NCBI GenBank assembly: GCA_963668675.2
Contig: CAXXMB010000001.1
Coordinates: 1,024,001 to 1,088,000 of the forward strand
Origin: an uncultured Desulfatitalea sp.
Lineage (GTDB): Bacteria > Desulfobacterota > Desulfobacteria > Desulfobacterales > Desulfosarcinaceae
DNA length: 64,000 nucleotides
Direction of reading: 5' to 3'
Shown: one piece after another, positions 46,923-57,084 of the stretch
Layout of the letters: each line of letters starts with the position of its first letter
How positions within the stretch are numbered: position 1 is the first letter of the stretch
Made by a program: the position numbers and the translations under genes
The notes under the pieces: generated by a model
Databases searched by the model: none
Seen by the model: only the letters and a program-made list of their open reading frames with translations
What the model was told of the DNA's origin: nothing

Positions 46923-47315
46923 GTGGAACAAGTGCTTAGAAAACTCACATTGGAGTTTTTTGGTAAAGGGAAACACAAGATATCGCCCGATAAATTTTTC
47001 AAAATGGAAAATGTTTTTTTGCTGGATGTTCGATCCAAAGAAGAAGCCGATTCTATCTCAATAGCCATGAAATCGCACCCCAACATAGTATCCAAAAATA
47101 TTCCGGTCCATGAGATTCCAGACAGACTTAACGAGGTGCCGAAAAATAAACTGGTCGGCGTATTTTGTCCTGCGAATGTCAGATCGGCTATCACATATGC
47201 CTATTTGCTTTCAAAGGGATTTTCGGACGTTCGCATCGTTGATGGTGGATATTCCGATCTAACGGAGGTTTTGAAGCCTGGCCCCGTGCTCAAAGCGCTT
47301 CAAAGCTATAAGTGA
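46923..47315 (+). CDS. Rhodanese-like domain protein
   Basis: LLDVRS.EE, NIP..E...R, VFC....RS and V....GG motifs. Confidence 0.88.
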   Translation: MEQVLRKLTLEFFGKGKHKISPDKFFKMENVFLLDVRSKEEADSISIAMKSHPNIVSKNIPVHEIPDRLNEVPKNKLVGVFCPANVRSAITYAYLLSKGFSDVRIVDGGYSDLTEVLKPGPVLKALQSYK

Positions 47316-47338
47316 TCAAAGGTTCGAGGAAATCTTAA

Positions 47339-48145
47339 ATGACCAATTTGATTATCACCGGCTTGCTTATTTTCATTGTCGCCGTGTCCATGACCATGGT
47401 TGGCAAGGGTGGAGGAAATTTTTATGTCGTGATTTTGGCGATAGCCGGTGTTCCCATGCATGAGGCGGCGACAACCGGCCTGTTTATGCTTTTTTCAGCA
47501 TCTGTAGCGGCGATGATCGTTTTCCAGAAGAATGAATCGGTATCGTGGCTTTTGGCTGTTCTGGTCGGTACATTTACTGCTTTATCCGCCCTTGGCGGAG
47601 GGTATTTCTCTCATTTGTTCAGCGGTTTTTCTTTAAAACTGATATTCGCTGTTATGTTGCTCATCGCCGGCATTGTTATGCTCATTCCAGTCTATAATCG
47701 TAAAACTTCCACAGAGGGGAAACATTTCGGGGTTATCCGGATTCGATCCGGCCCGGAAGTATATGGCGTGAACTTGTGGATCGCACTGCCTGTAACGATC
47801 TTGACAGGCTTTGGTTCGGGGATGGTGGGCGTTTCAGGAGGGTCTTTTCTGGTTCCGCTGATGGTTTTGGCATGTGGGGTTCCCATGCACAAAGCTGTCG
47901 GAACCGCGTCAACATTAATAGCGGCAACCGCTTTCATGGGGTTTGCAGGCCATGCGGTCCAGGGGGATTTTAACCCTTCATGGGCCATCCCATTGGCCAT
48001 TATTACCGTTGTTGGGGGAATAGTTGGCGGAAAACTGGCGTTGAGCACGAAGCCGAAACATCTCAAAAAGCTTTTCGCATATACGAACTGGCTTGCCGCT
48101 CTATTTATGATCGTAAACGCACTCCATACAAAGGGGATTATATAA
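47339..48145 (+). CDS. TauE/SafE family sulfite exporter
   Basis: G.GGG motif twice (VGKGGG, GVSGG.F.VP), A.GT.S; multiple TM helices. Confidence 0.9.
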   Translation: MTNLIITGLLIFIVAVSMTMVGKGGGNFYVVILAIAGVPMHEAATTGLFMLFSASVAAMIVFQKNESVSWLLAVLVGTFTALSALGGGYFSHLFSGFSLKLIFAVMLLIAGIVMLIPVYNRKTSTEGKHFGVIRIRSGPEVYGVNLWIALPVTILTGFGSGMVGVSGGSFLVPLMVLACGVPMHKAVGTASTLIAATAFMGFAGHAVQGDFNPSWAIPLAIITVVGGIVGGKLALSTKPKHLKKLFAYTNWLAALFMIVNALHTKGII

Positions 48146-48204
48146 TTGTAGATATAAAGCGGCCGAAATATCGGAACATGCCTATTTCCGGCACGAGGGA
48201 GGTC

Positions 48205-48273
48205 ATGATGACGGATAAACGCGCAGTATTCATATAGGAACACAACAGCGCCCGTAGCCAGATGTCTGAATGA
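48205..48273 (+). pseudogene. arsC: Arsenate reductase (LMW-PTP type) 5' remnant
   Basis: RBS GGAGG, then MMTDKRAVFI*EHNSARSQMSE; the catalytic Cys codon of C.HNS.RSQM is replaced by TAG. Confidence 0.65.
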
Positions 48274-48289
48274 ATATACGGAAGGGCGC

Positions 48290-48610
48290 ACGACAGCTTC
48301 GAACATTAAAAAACTGAGCTTTCTGGACCGCTTTCTCACACTGTGGATCTTTATTGCCATGTTCGTCGGCGTGAGAGACGGTTCTTTGCACCCGTAAATC
48401 AAGAATTTCATCAACCGCTTTTCCGTGGGCGCCACCAACATTCCCATCGCCATCGGCCAGATCGCCGAAAGCGTGTTCATCTACCTGGGTATTCCACTGT
48501 GCATTTACTTCGTCATCATGTTTTTTGTTTCTTTCTGGCTCTCAATGAAAGCCCGAGCGACGTATGAAAAACTATTTCTAAAGTATCAATCGATAAGGCC
48601 GATTAGCTAA
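48290..48610 (+). pseudogene. acr3: Acr3 arsenite efflux remnant with internal deletions
   Basis: KKLSFLDRFLTLWIF.AM..G, NIPIAIG, QIAESVFIYLGIP and IYF.IMFF.SF blocks, normally far apart in Acr3, are fused. Confidence 0.8.
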
Positions 48611-48685
48611 TCACATTTTGATGATCTTATTTACCACGTACGGGCGCACCCACCCAACGAGCAATCAGGAAAGGACACAAATGCA

Positions 48686-49651
48686 ATGAAGAACTTGATT
48701 ATCTTTTTAACTGCAGCAGCCATTTTTTTATCCTTGCCGTTAATGGCTTCAGCCAAAGCTTATGATGGCAAAAAAATTCTGTACATCGATTCATATCATG
48801 AAGGATATGCGTGGAGTGACGGCATCACCCAAGGGGTTCACAATGCATTGAAGGATTCGGCGGCCACTCTTAAAATCATCCGCATGGATACGAAACGAAA
48901 TGCAAACGAGGACTTTAAAAAAGAAGCAGCACTAAAGGCCAAAACAGCAATAGAGGATTATCAACCCGACGTCGTCATCGCCTCTGATGATAACGCCTCA
49001 AAATACCTCATTGCCCCGTTTTTTAATGGGAAATCAATTCCATTTGTCTTTTGCGGCGTCAACTGGGATGCCGGTGGGTATGGCTTTCCTTCCTCAAACG
49101 TGACCGGCATGCTGGAAGTCACACCTGTACCGCAGTTGATCAATGAGCTAAAACCGTTTGCCAAAGGTGATCGCATTGGCTTTTTGGCACCCGACATTCT
49201 GACCGCCAAAAAAGAGGCTGAGAACTATAAGCGTGTTTTCGGGATGAAACTGTCTGAATACTACGCAAGCAGCTATGATGACTGGAAAAATGGTTTTAAA
49301 GAACTGCAAAAGCAAGTGGACATCCTGATCGTCGATTCAGATGGTGGGCTCTATAACAATCAGAAGGCGGACATGCAGTCCTTTGTCAAGGCAAACACTA
49401 CCATTCCCACCGGATCTGCCTACGATTTCATGGCCCACTGCACACTCTTCACCTTTGCAAAGGTGGCCGAGGAACAGGGGGTCTGGGCTGCAAAAGCTGC
49501 TCTCAAGATTCTGGACGGGACCTCACCTTCACAAATTCCGCTGGAGAAAAACAAAGAGGGCAAGCTTATCATCAACATGCAGATTGCACAGGCCATGAAT
49601 GCCAATATTCCTTTTGGAATCATTCAGGCAGCCGACCTGGTGATCGAATAG
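48686..49651 (+). CDS. Periplasmic ABC-type substrate-binding protein
   Basis: Signal peptide; IDSYH..Y.WS, MDTKR, PD..IA.DDNA, P.VFCGVN and NVTG motifs. Confidence 0.85.
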   Translation: MKNLIIFLTAAAIFLSLPLMASAKAYDGKKILYIDSYHEGYAWSDGITQGVHNALKDSAATLKIIRMDTKRNANEDFKKEAALKAKTAIEDYQPDVVIASDDNASKYLIAPFFNGKSIPFVFCGVNWDAGGYGFPSSNVTGMLEVTPVPQLINELKPFAKGDRIGFLAPDILTAKKEAENYKRVFGMKLSEYYASSYDDWKNGFKELQKQVDILIVDSDGGLYNNQKADMQSFVKANTTIPTGSAYDFMAHCTLFTFAKVAEEQGVWAAKAALKILDGTSPSQIPLEKNKEGKLIINMQIAQAMNANIPFGIIQAADLVIE

Positions 49652-49721
49652 ATTCCTATAGAATTGCCTGTTCCCGGCAGCGGATTGCCAAGAAATGCTT
49701 TTCGCTGCCGGGAATTCCAAC

Positions 49722-49871
49722 TTATTAAACCGGCAATTAAATAGACCACCCTTTGTCATCCTGGACTTGATCCAGGATCCAGTAAACGTCTGGATAGCGC
49801 CAAGGCTTCACTGCCTGCCCGGCTTTCGCCGGAATGACGGGAATTGTGATCTTTAATTGCCGGGTTAATAA
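49722..49871. repeat. REP/MITE-like element, copy 1
   Basis: Ends TTATTAAACCGGCAATTAAA ... TTTAATTGCCGGGTTAATAA enclosing GTCATCCTGGACTTGATCCAGGATCC ... CCGGCTTTCGCCGGAATGAC. Confidence 0.8.
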
Positions 49872-49913
49872 AAAAAGCGCGTCTATACAGTTGGTATGAA
49901 GACGCGCTTTTTT
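49870..49913. terminator. Bidirectional intrinsic terminator
   Basis: A-tract-GCGCGTCT...AGACGCGC-T-tract between convergent genes. Confidence 0.75.
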
Positions 49914-50032
49914 ATATTTTATAAGTTTCGCCAACTCAGCGCTGCCATAACCGCATTAGAGCAGTCCGCCGGCCAGCGCACTGCTATTGCGCCAAATGGT
50001 TGATGTTCACGGTATCGTTGAGGTGATGGCCG

Positions 50033-51934
50033 TCATGCCCTCAAAGCGTCGCGAACCTTGTTGGACAAATCGGAAATTTTGAAAGGCTTGGAAATGAATT
50101 GAACGCCCTCGTCCAAAACGCCATGGTGAACGATAACGTTTGCCGTATAGCCGGACATATAAAGCACCTTTAGATCTGGTTTTATCAATTTCAGCCTTTC
50201 ATAGAGATCCTTACCGTTCATTTCGGGCATGACCACGTCCGTGACAAGCAAATCGACTGCGCTTTGTTTTTCGCCAAAAACAGCAAGCGCATCTTCCGGT
50301 CCGGCAACGGATAAAACTGTATATCCCAGTTGAATCAGACTCTCTTCCGTTACCTTGCGCACCAAGTCATCGTCTTCAACCAGAAACACCGTTTCCGATC
50401 CAATCACGGGGCCCTGACTTTCGGCTCTCTTCAACGGTGCGATTTCACCCGTTGAAACGGGTATGTATATCTTGAAGGTGGTTCCGCGGCCTGGTTCACT
50501 GTATACATTTATGAAACCGCCGCCCTGTTTCACGATGCCGTATACGGTTGCCAGGCCAAGGCCGGTACCCTTTCCGATCTCCTTTGTAGTGAAAAATGGT
50601 TCGAAGATATGGCTGAGGGTTTCCGCATCCATGCCGATGCCGTTGTCACTGACCGAAATCTGCACGAACCTGCCCGGTATGAATCCCATGTGTTCCCGGC
50701 AATAGGCCTCGTCCAGGGTCACATTGGCAGTTTCAAAGGTAAAAATGCCTCCATTTGGCATGGCATCGCGTGCGTTGACCATAAGGTTCATGAGAATCTG
50801 TTCAATTTGAGTCGGGTCAAATTCGATATTCGCGATATCTTGGCAAGGGATAAACTTAAAGGTGATATCTTCTCCTATTAATCGAGAGAAGTTGTCTTCG
50901 AAACTGCTGATAAGCTCGTTGACGTTAAATACTTTCAGTTTGAAAACCTGTTTTCTGGAAAAGGCCAATAGCTGCTGGGTAATATCTTTGGACCGCACGG
51001 CCGCGTTTTGAATCTTTTCAAGGTCGTGTATCAACGGATCGTTTGACGCGAGCTTGGATTTAATGATCTCCGAGTATCCCATTATGACGCCCAGCATGTT
51101 GTTGAAGTCGTGGGCGATGCCTCCTGCCAGACGTCCGATGGATTCCATTTTCTGGGACTGAACCAGTTTGGCCTCAAGCGTTTCCCGCTCACGATTCGCT
51201 CTCAACCGGTCGGATATATCTCGGACAAATGCGACATGGTACCTCTGATCATCAAAGACGACATTTTTGGAAGAGATCTCAACTGGGAATACGGAACCGT
51301 CTTTGCGCCGGTGAAGTCTTTCGAGCCGCGCACCCCCGCCTTTTTTCACTTTCTCCCAGTGGGGCCACCACTGCTCTTGCGTAAAATCCGCATCGATATC
51401 CCATATGTTAACCCGCATAAGCTCTTCCCGGCTGTAACCCAGCGAGCGGCACGCTTGGTCGTTGACATAGGGAAAACGACCTTCGTCGTTTATCCAGAAC
51501 ACTGCGTCGGGTGACGATTCCACCGTAAGCTGAAACCACCTGATGGCGCCCTCTTTTGCCAAGCGTTCAGATATATCGCGGACGATGGCCCACATGCCCA
51601 CCGGGTGATCATTGGAATCCCTGGTCAGGACGACCCTCAACTCCACAGGCACGATGCTGCCGTCTTTGCAGCGGTACTCTTTTTCAAATACATCAGAGTA
51701 ACCCCTTACCAGTACCTGTTCGTCGATGATGCGTTTCTCAAGCCCATGCCATTTCGAAGGCGTAAAATCGAAAAAACTCAATTCGAGCAGTTCGTTTCTT
51801 TGATAGCCTAACAGATCCAGAAAATGCTGGTTGGCTTCCGTAATCCGGCCCTCCATGTCGGTAGCCCCGAAGGCATCCATCATGTAAGCACAGAGTCGTT
51901 CGTACATGGCTTCCGGCTTAGTTAAACTGTCCAT
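50033..51934 (-). CDS. Cytoplasmic hybrid histidine kinase (PAS-PAS-HisKA-HATPase-REC)
   Basis: LAGGIAHDFNN, NARDAM, GTGLGL and C-terminal receiver TDVVMP; likely start MDSLTK. Confidence 0.92.
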   Translation of the reverse strand: MDSLTKPEAMYERLCAYMMDAFGATDMEGRITEANQHFLDLLGYQRNELLELSFFDFTPSKWHGLEKRIIDEQVLVRGYSDVFEKEYRCKDGSIVPVELRVVLTRDSNDHPVGMWAIVRDISERLAKEGAIRWFQLTVESSPDAVFWINDEGRFPYVNDQACRSLGYSREELMRVNIWDIDADFTQEQWWPHWEKVKKGGGARLERLHRRKDGSVFPVEISSKNVVFDDQRYHVAFVRDISDRLRANRERETLEAKLVQSQKMESIGRLAGGIAHDFNNMLGVIMGYSEIIKSKLASNDPLIHDLEKIQNAAVRSKDITQQLLAFSRKQVFKLKVFNVNELISSFEDNFSRLIGEDITFKFIPCQDIANIEFDPTQIEQILMNLMVNARDAMPNGGIFTFETANVTLDEAYCREHMGFIPGRFVQISVSDNGIGMDAETLSHIFEPFFTTKEIGKGTGLGLATVYGIVKQGGGFINVYSEPGRGTTFKIYIPVSTGEIAPLKRAESQGPVIGSETVFLVEDDDLVRKVTEESLIQLGYTVLSVAGPEDALAVFGEKQSAVDLLVTDVVMPEMNGKDLYERLKLIKPDLKVLYMSGYTANVIVHHGVLDEGVQFISKPFKISDLSNKVRDALRA

Positions 51935-52546
51935 ATGAAATCTCCAAAACGTGCCCGGCATACAACTGTCGTGAAATATATAAATTGCTACAGCACCCAA
52001 ACAGAGTGCCCGCAATCTGTTAAACTCAAGATAAAATGGAACGGTAGTGTCATTAGTTTTTCACGCTTTTGAGGGTTGTGTCAAATCAGTATAGGCTGTT
52101 ATTTTGATCGAGTTCTTCCATTATCTGATCACAGGTCGGTTTACCGAGTCCTTCCTTTTTTGCTCGCATTTTTATTTTATTCGGTTTCCCGGTTTTCATT
52201 TGATGCAGCCAATTGCGCTTCCATTTGATCTCCAAGCTGTATGAGCAAACCGGAGTGATCAATACCACCGACCTCAGTTTTGGCGAATGGCTTCAGGTGT
52301 TCCGCTGTTCCGCGGTGAGAAAACGACCAGGGAAAATAAACAGACCCATCGGACCGCTGCCGATCGGTTTCACCTCGAATCAAGCCCTCTACCTGCATAG
52401 ATGGCATACAATACTTATATCTGGTGATAGACAGCCGATATAAAGGTATCATCTATTAAATCGTGACACTATGGCTATGGATTTGACATGGATTCTCAAT
52501 ATGATTTAGATTGGCAATTAATCGAATCTATGCGGAAAAATATCAG

Positions 52547-52678
52547 TATTATCAACCCGGCAATTAAATACACGTTGAATCGTCATTCCAGCGAAAGCTC
52601 GAATCCAGGCTCTCAGTGGATCCCGGATCAAGTGCGGGATGACGGAGGTTGGTCAATTTTATTGCCGGGTTAATAATA
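52547..52678. repeat. REP/MITE-like element, copy 2 (inverted relative to copy 1)
   Basis: TATTATCAACCCGGCAATTAAA ... TTTTATTGCCGGGTTAATAATA enclosing GTCATTCCAGCGAAAGCTCGAATCC ... GGATCCCGGATCAAGTGCGGGATGAC. Confidence 0.8.
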
Positions 52679-52725
52679 AACCATACGATTCAACGGTAAG
52701 GCTCCAAATGAAAATGGGCTTGGTC

Positions 52726-53493
52726 ATGGCCAAAAGAAAATTGATGTGGGTTGGTGCTCTGGTATTGATATTGGTAAGCCCGCTGCCCACCCATGCCCAG
52801 TCTCCCTTGCGGATTGCATTTCCCGATTTCCCCCCCTTTCATTGGATTGATGACCATGGCAAAAAAAATGGTTTTTTCTACGAAATCATCACTGAAGCCC
52901 TGGATAAACGGATGGGAATTGCCACGGTTTGGACCGCTTATCCATGGCCACGTTGCCAGGCAAACCTGAAAGCCGGTAAGGACGACGCCATGCTGACCGT
53001 ACCCACCGAAGAACGTCTTGTATATAGCGTGACCCATAAGCGCCCTTTTTATAATAAATCACTCAATATCTTCACGTATGCCAATCATCCGCAATTGGCC
53101 GCAATAGAAAGCATAACCACCCTGCCGGACATTCATAAAGGAGACTTTTCCGTAATCACGTATATTGGAAACGGTTGGCACCATGAACATGTGCAGCCCC
53201 TGGGTATAAAAACCTACGAATCCCCGTACTTGCAAAACGTATGGAAAATGCTGGCCTCACATAGGGGGGATATTGTTATCGAGTGGCCGCCTGGGGCCTG
53301 GCCTGATATTTCGAAACTGGGCCTCGAAAATCAAGTCATTGATACAGGCATAACGGTGGCCAGCATGCCTTTTCATTTGCTGATTCGAAAAGGTGCCCCT
53401 CAGGTTGCCATTCTGGGAGAGTTTGATTCTACCATTTCACAAATGACCGAGGACGGGACAATAAGATCGATAATGGAGCGATATACATTTTGA
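52726..53493 (+). CDS. Periplasmic substrate-binding protein (family 3-like)
   Basis: Signal peptide; FPPF, YPW.R....L..G..D and DGT...I motifs; directly upstream of sensor kinase. Confidence 0.85.
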   Translation: MAKRKLMWVGALVLILVSPLPTHAQSPLRIAFPDFPPFHWIDDHGKKNGFFYEIITEALDKRMGIATVWTAYPWPRCQANLKAGKDDAMLTVPTEERLVYSVTHKRPFYNKSLNIFTYANHPQLAAIESITTLPDIHKGDFSVITYIGNGWHHEHVQPLGIKTYESPYLQNVWKMLASHRGDIVIEWPPGAWPDISKLGLENQVIDTGITVASMPFHLLIRKGAPQVAILGEFDSTISQMTEDGTIRSIMERYTF

Positions 53494-53527
53494 ACATCCG
53501 CGACTTTATTTCAAAAAAGGTTCAAAG

Positions 53528-55630
53528 ATGAAGATCAGACGGCTATTGCTCTACTGCACTCTTTTTCTTGTCACTTCGTTCTGCATCTTTGTTTTTATCT
53601 TTCAGAATAGTGTGCGCGCCAAGGCGGTTTCCCGAATCAAAAACCACGCTAATGTGATTGCCAGCTCTTTGTGGACGCTGGAAAAGTCCAGCCCCACCGC
53701 CTACCTGAACTTGGCGGTTGAAGCCAACGGTTATGATGAGATTGTCGTAATTGATGATCAGGGTGGCTTATTCCTGAAAATAACGGGCGATAAACCGAAG
53801 GGGATTGAACGCCCTTTAAGATCCCTTGGTCTAATCCTTACCTACCGGCTTGAATCTCCAGTTGTCTATGATGGTATGACGATAGGAAAAATTGCAGCGG
53901 ATTGGCCATGCCGGACGATTTATACTTATCTTAACGTCTTCTTTTGCATGGTGCTGATGTTAACGGGTATCGGGCTGTATTTAAAACTTCTCGATGTAAA
54001 TCGGTTTTTGGAGGATCGCGTTCAACAGAGAACCGCCGAGCTGAAAAAGGAAGTCAATGAACGCAGACGGGCCGAAGAGGAGCTGAAATCATACGCGCAG
54101 CGGTTGTCCATGCACGTTCTGAACACGCCGTTGGGAGTCATCGAATGGGACCAGGACTTCAGGGTTGTCGAGTGGAATAAAGCCGCAGAAAAAATTTTTG
54201 AATATACTCGCGAGGAGGCGCTGGGGAAAAGAGCCGATGATTTGATCCTGCCTGCCGATGAACGGGAAAACGTAGAGAACATTTGGCGGCAATTGCTTTT
54301 GCAAACCGGCGGTACACGATCCGTCAATACAAACTGCACCAAGAGCGGTCATATCAGGATCTGTGAGTGGCACAATACAAGTCTGACCGGTCCGAATGGA
54401 GCGGTCATTGGCGTTGGCTCCCTCCTCGAGGACATCACCGAGCGAAAACAGGCTGAACAGGAGAAGCAACGGCTGGAGGCCAAACTTCTTCAAGCCCAAA
54501 AGATGGAGGCCGTTGGTGAGTTGGCCGGCGGTATCGCTCATGATTTCAACAATCTACTTCAAAGCATATCGGGCTATACCCAGCTGCTGCTCATCGATTG
54601 CGTCCGTAAACAGGAAGAGTGCAATAGGCTTCGGGGAATCGAACAGGCATCAGCGAAAGCGGCTGACCTCATCAGGCGGTTGCTCACCTTCAGCCGGAAG
54701 ATAGAAAGTCATCTGCTACCGCTAAACTTAAACGATATCATCATGCAGATGAGAGACATGCTGGAACGCACGATTCCCAAGATGATCGCCTTCGAATACC
54801 ATCTCGATCCCGCGTTGAAGCAAATTGATGGAGACGCTACCCAGATCGAGCAGGTCATAATGAATTTATCCATCAACGCCATGCACGCCATGCCTGACGG
54901 CGGTAGAATCATCATTGAAACGGAAAATGTACATTTGGATCAGGATTATTGCCGTATCCATCTTGGTTCTCAGGAGGGTCCGCATGTCATTCTTTCCGTT
55001 AGCGACAACGGGATTGGCATGGATCAGGAAACAGTGACGCGTATTTACGAACCATTTTTCACGACCAAAGGGATTGGCCGTGGGACCGGGTTGGGTTTGT
55101 CCACCGTTTATGGAATTGTCAAAAGTCACCGTGCTCAAATCCAGTGTTACAGCGAACCGGCTAAGGGAACCAGGTTTCAAATATTTTTTCCGGCCAGGGT
55201 TGGCACGGTCACTTTCGAAGAAGGGCAACCGACAGAGGAACATATACCTGGTGGAACAGAGACCATACTACTGATTGATGATGATGATGACATTCGCGAT
55301 ATCGGTATCCAGATACTTGAACGCAATGGTTATACCGTGATGGACGCCGACAATGGGGAAGAAGGGTTGAGACTCTTTGAAGAGCAGCAAAAAAAAATCG
55401 ATCTGGTTATCCTCGACTTGAACATGCCGGGCATGGGCGGGTACAAATGCATGCAGGCACTCAAAACTATCGATCCGGAAACGAGGATTCTGATTGCCAG
55501 CGGTTACGCACCAAGAGGTGACATCCAGAAAGCGCTTGAAGAAGGGGCATGCGGTTATATTGTCAAGCCTTTTCAGCTTATCGATTTTCTTAAGCAGGTG
55601 CGCTTTGCACTGGATGCTGATGCGCAATAG
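53528..55630 (+). CDS. Membrane-bound hybrid histidine kinase (2TM-PAS-HisKA-HATPase-REC)
   Basis: Two TM helices, PAS domain, LAGGIAHDFNN, GTGLGL and receiver LDLNMP. Confidence 0.92.
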   Translation: MKIRRLLLYCTLFLVTSFCIFVFIFQNSVRAKAVSRIKNHANVIASSLWTLEKSSPTAYLNLAVEANGYDEIVVIDDQGGLFLKITGDKPKGIERPLRSLGLILTYRLESPVVYDGMTIGKIAADWPCRTIYTYLNVFFCMVLMLTGIGLYLKLLDVNRFLEDRVQQRTAELKKEVNERRRAEEELKSYAQRLSMHVLNTPLGVIEWDQDFRVVEWNKAAEKIFEYTREEALGKRADDLILPADERENVENIWRQLLLQTGGTRSVNTNCTKSGHIRICEWHNTSLTGPNGAVIGVGSLLEDITERKQAEQEKQRLEAKLLQAQKMEAVGELAGGIAHDFNNLLQSISGYTQLLLIDCVRKQEECNRLRGIEQASAKAADLIRRLLTFSRKIESHLLPLNLNDIIMQMRDMLERTIPKMIAFEYHLDPALKQIDGDATQIEQVIMNLSINAMHAMPDGGRIIIETENVHLDQDYCRIHLGSQEGPHVILSVSDNGIGMDQETVTRIYEPFFTTKGIGRGTGLGLSTVYGIVKSHRAQIQCYSEPAKGTRFQIFFPARVGTVTFEEGQPTEEHIPGGTETILLIDDDDDIRDIGIQILERNGYTVMDADNGEEGLRLFEEQQKKIDLVILDLNMPGMGGYKCMQALKTIDPETRILIASGYAPRGDIQKALEEGACGYIVKPFQLIDFLKQVRFALDADAQ

Positions 55631-55687
55631 GACCCGCGAATCCGGGTTGATATGCGGCTCGGTCTCCCACCCAAAAAGGAAAAATCT

Positions 55688-56203
55688 ATGTATGCAATAG
55701 AAGATTGGAGCAAAGAGCGGGTCCACGATGTGATGCGAGAGGTGCTGTTCAGTTTCAACTATATGTGGTTCCTCATGGAAGAGTGGGCCAAAAATAACTG
55801 CCCTGAGAAGGTGCAGGGGGAGTCGTTTCAGAGCCTTTCCGAGGAGTTTGGGCGCTACGAGGCGCAGCGCCTGGAAAAGGTCGTTGACGATAAACTGTCC
55901 GGGGTGGATCGCTTGGTTGCATTTGTAAGGTGTTCCCACTGGTGCGCCTTTGAGGATATTGAGCTCACCCCGATATCGAAACATGGTCTGCGCATGCGGA
56001 CCTTAGGCTGCACTGCTCAAAAGGCTGCCCGGAAATGGGGATTGTCCCATTACGATTGCGGCCAGACCGGATTGCGGTTGCGCGAGGCCTTCTTCAGCCG
56101 CGTCATTCCAACTGCGACGGTGGAGCGTGTCTTTACCCCACCGGACGACAGACCGGCCGGAGCGCCTCCCGATGCGGCCTGCGAGTGGATGATATCTATT
56201 TGA
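55688..56203 (+). CDS. DUF6125-like Cys-containing protein
   Basis: WF...E...EA.R, C.AQ.A....GL..YDC, PPD.R....CEW motifs; start MYAIED after RBS AAGGA. Confidence 0.7.
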   Translation: MYAIEDWSKERVHDVMREVLFSFNYMWFLMEEWAKNNCPEKVQGESFQSLSEEFGRYEAQRLEKVVDDKLSGVDRLVAFVRCSHWCAFEDIELTPISKHGLRMRTLGCTAQKAARKWGLSHYDCGQTGLRLREAFFSRVIPTATVERVFTPPDDRPAGAPPDAACEWMISI

Positions 56204-56387
56204 TACGGGTCTATGGATTTGCAGAAGAGGATCGAATAAGCCGACCTTTTTCAAAGGGGGGCTTGTTTATCTGCTTAAGGTTTATTACAGGAAGCACGTT
56301 TTGCTTGAGCTATACAGAGAACCGTTTTTTTATTCGAGAGACTGGTAACGATTTGACTTTTTTAGGATTCCAAAGGGAGACAGGTGT

Positions 56388-56771
56388 ATGACGATTCAAT
56401 CCAATACAGAGCAGTTTAAAAAACTGGCCGCCAATACGAATGGTGAGCCGTTCGTGATGCTCAATCTGCTGAAGTTTAAAAAGGATGGCGGCCGGGAGGC
56501 CTATTTTCGCTACATCGCTGAATCGGGGCCTTTCGTTGAGGGTGTAGGCGCCAAGGTCATCTACTTCGGCAAGGCCAATGAGTTGCTCAATGGAACGGAG
56601 AGCTGGGACATCGTCATGCTCGTCCAGTACCCCTCCCGCAAGGCATTTCTTGAAATGGCCAACAACCCCGACTACATCAAAGTACACCAGAACCGCGAAG
56701 ATGGCTTGGAGCGGGCGGTTCTCTACGCAACCGATCCGGTCCACTTCAAGGCGATTCTGTCGGAAGAATAG
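56388..56771 (+). CDS. DUF1330 family protein
   Basis: P.VMLNLLKF, WD...LV.YPS..AF..M...Y....R..GL motifs. Confidence 0.88.
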   Translation: MTIQSNTEQFKKLAANTNGEPFVMLNLLKFKKDGGREAYFRYIAESGPFVEGVGAKVIYFGKANELLNGTESWDIVMLVQYPSRKAFLEMANNPDYIKVHQNREDGLERAVLYATDPVHFKAILSEE

Positions 56772-57084
56772 CCTCCAGATTCTCCATCTCATCCAATTGA
56801 GTTTATTCTGCCATCCGATGGGGCCGCCCGTATGCCCTCCCCTATCGGATTACCTGCCTTTTGGCATAGGCGGCGTTCGGGCATGGGCCACGTTTCAAGA
56901 TGGGTGCGTTCAAATCAACGTGCATGCCAAAAATGTAGCTGCCGAGTCGTTTTTGCATCAGTTTCCGGCCATCGCGGGTCGTGTTTCATTGACAGTGGCC
57001 CGCTTCTGCATAATTGTTCTCCTAAATCCTCTCGTTCGATTCATGGACATAATTATTATGGTTTTAAAACCTTAAGGAGCAAAT

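Noticed and set aside
52086..52480. Possible decayed gene between kinase and repeat copy 2
   Set aside because: Short broken frames with no motif I can assign; needs tBLASTn.
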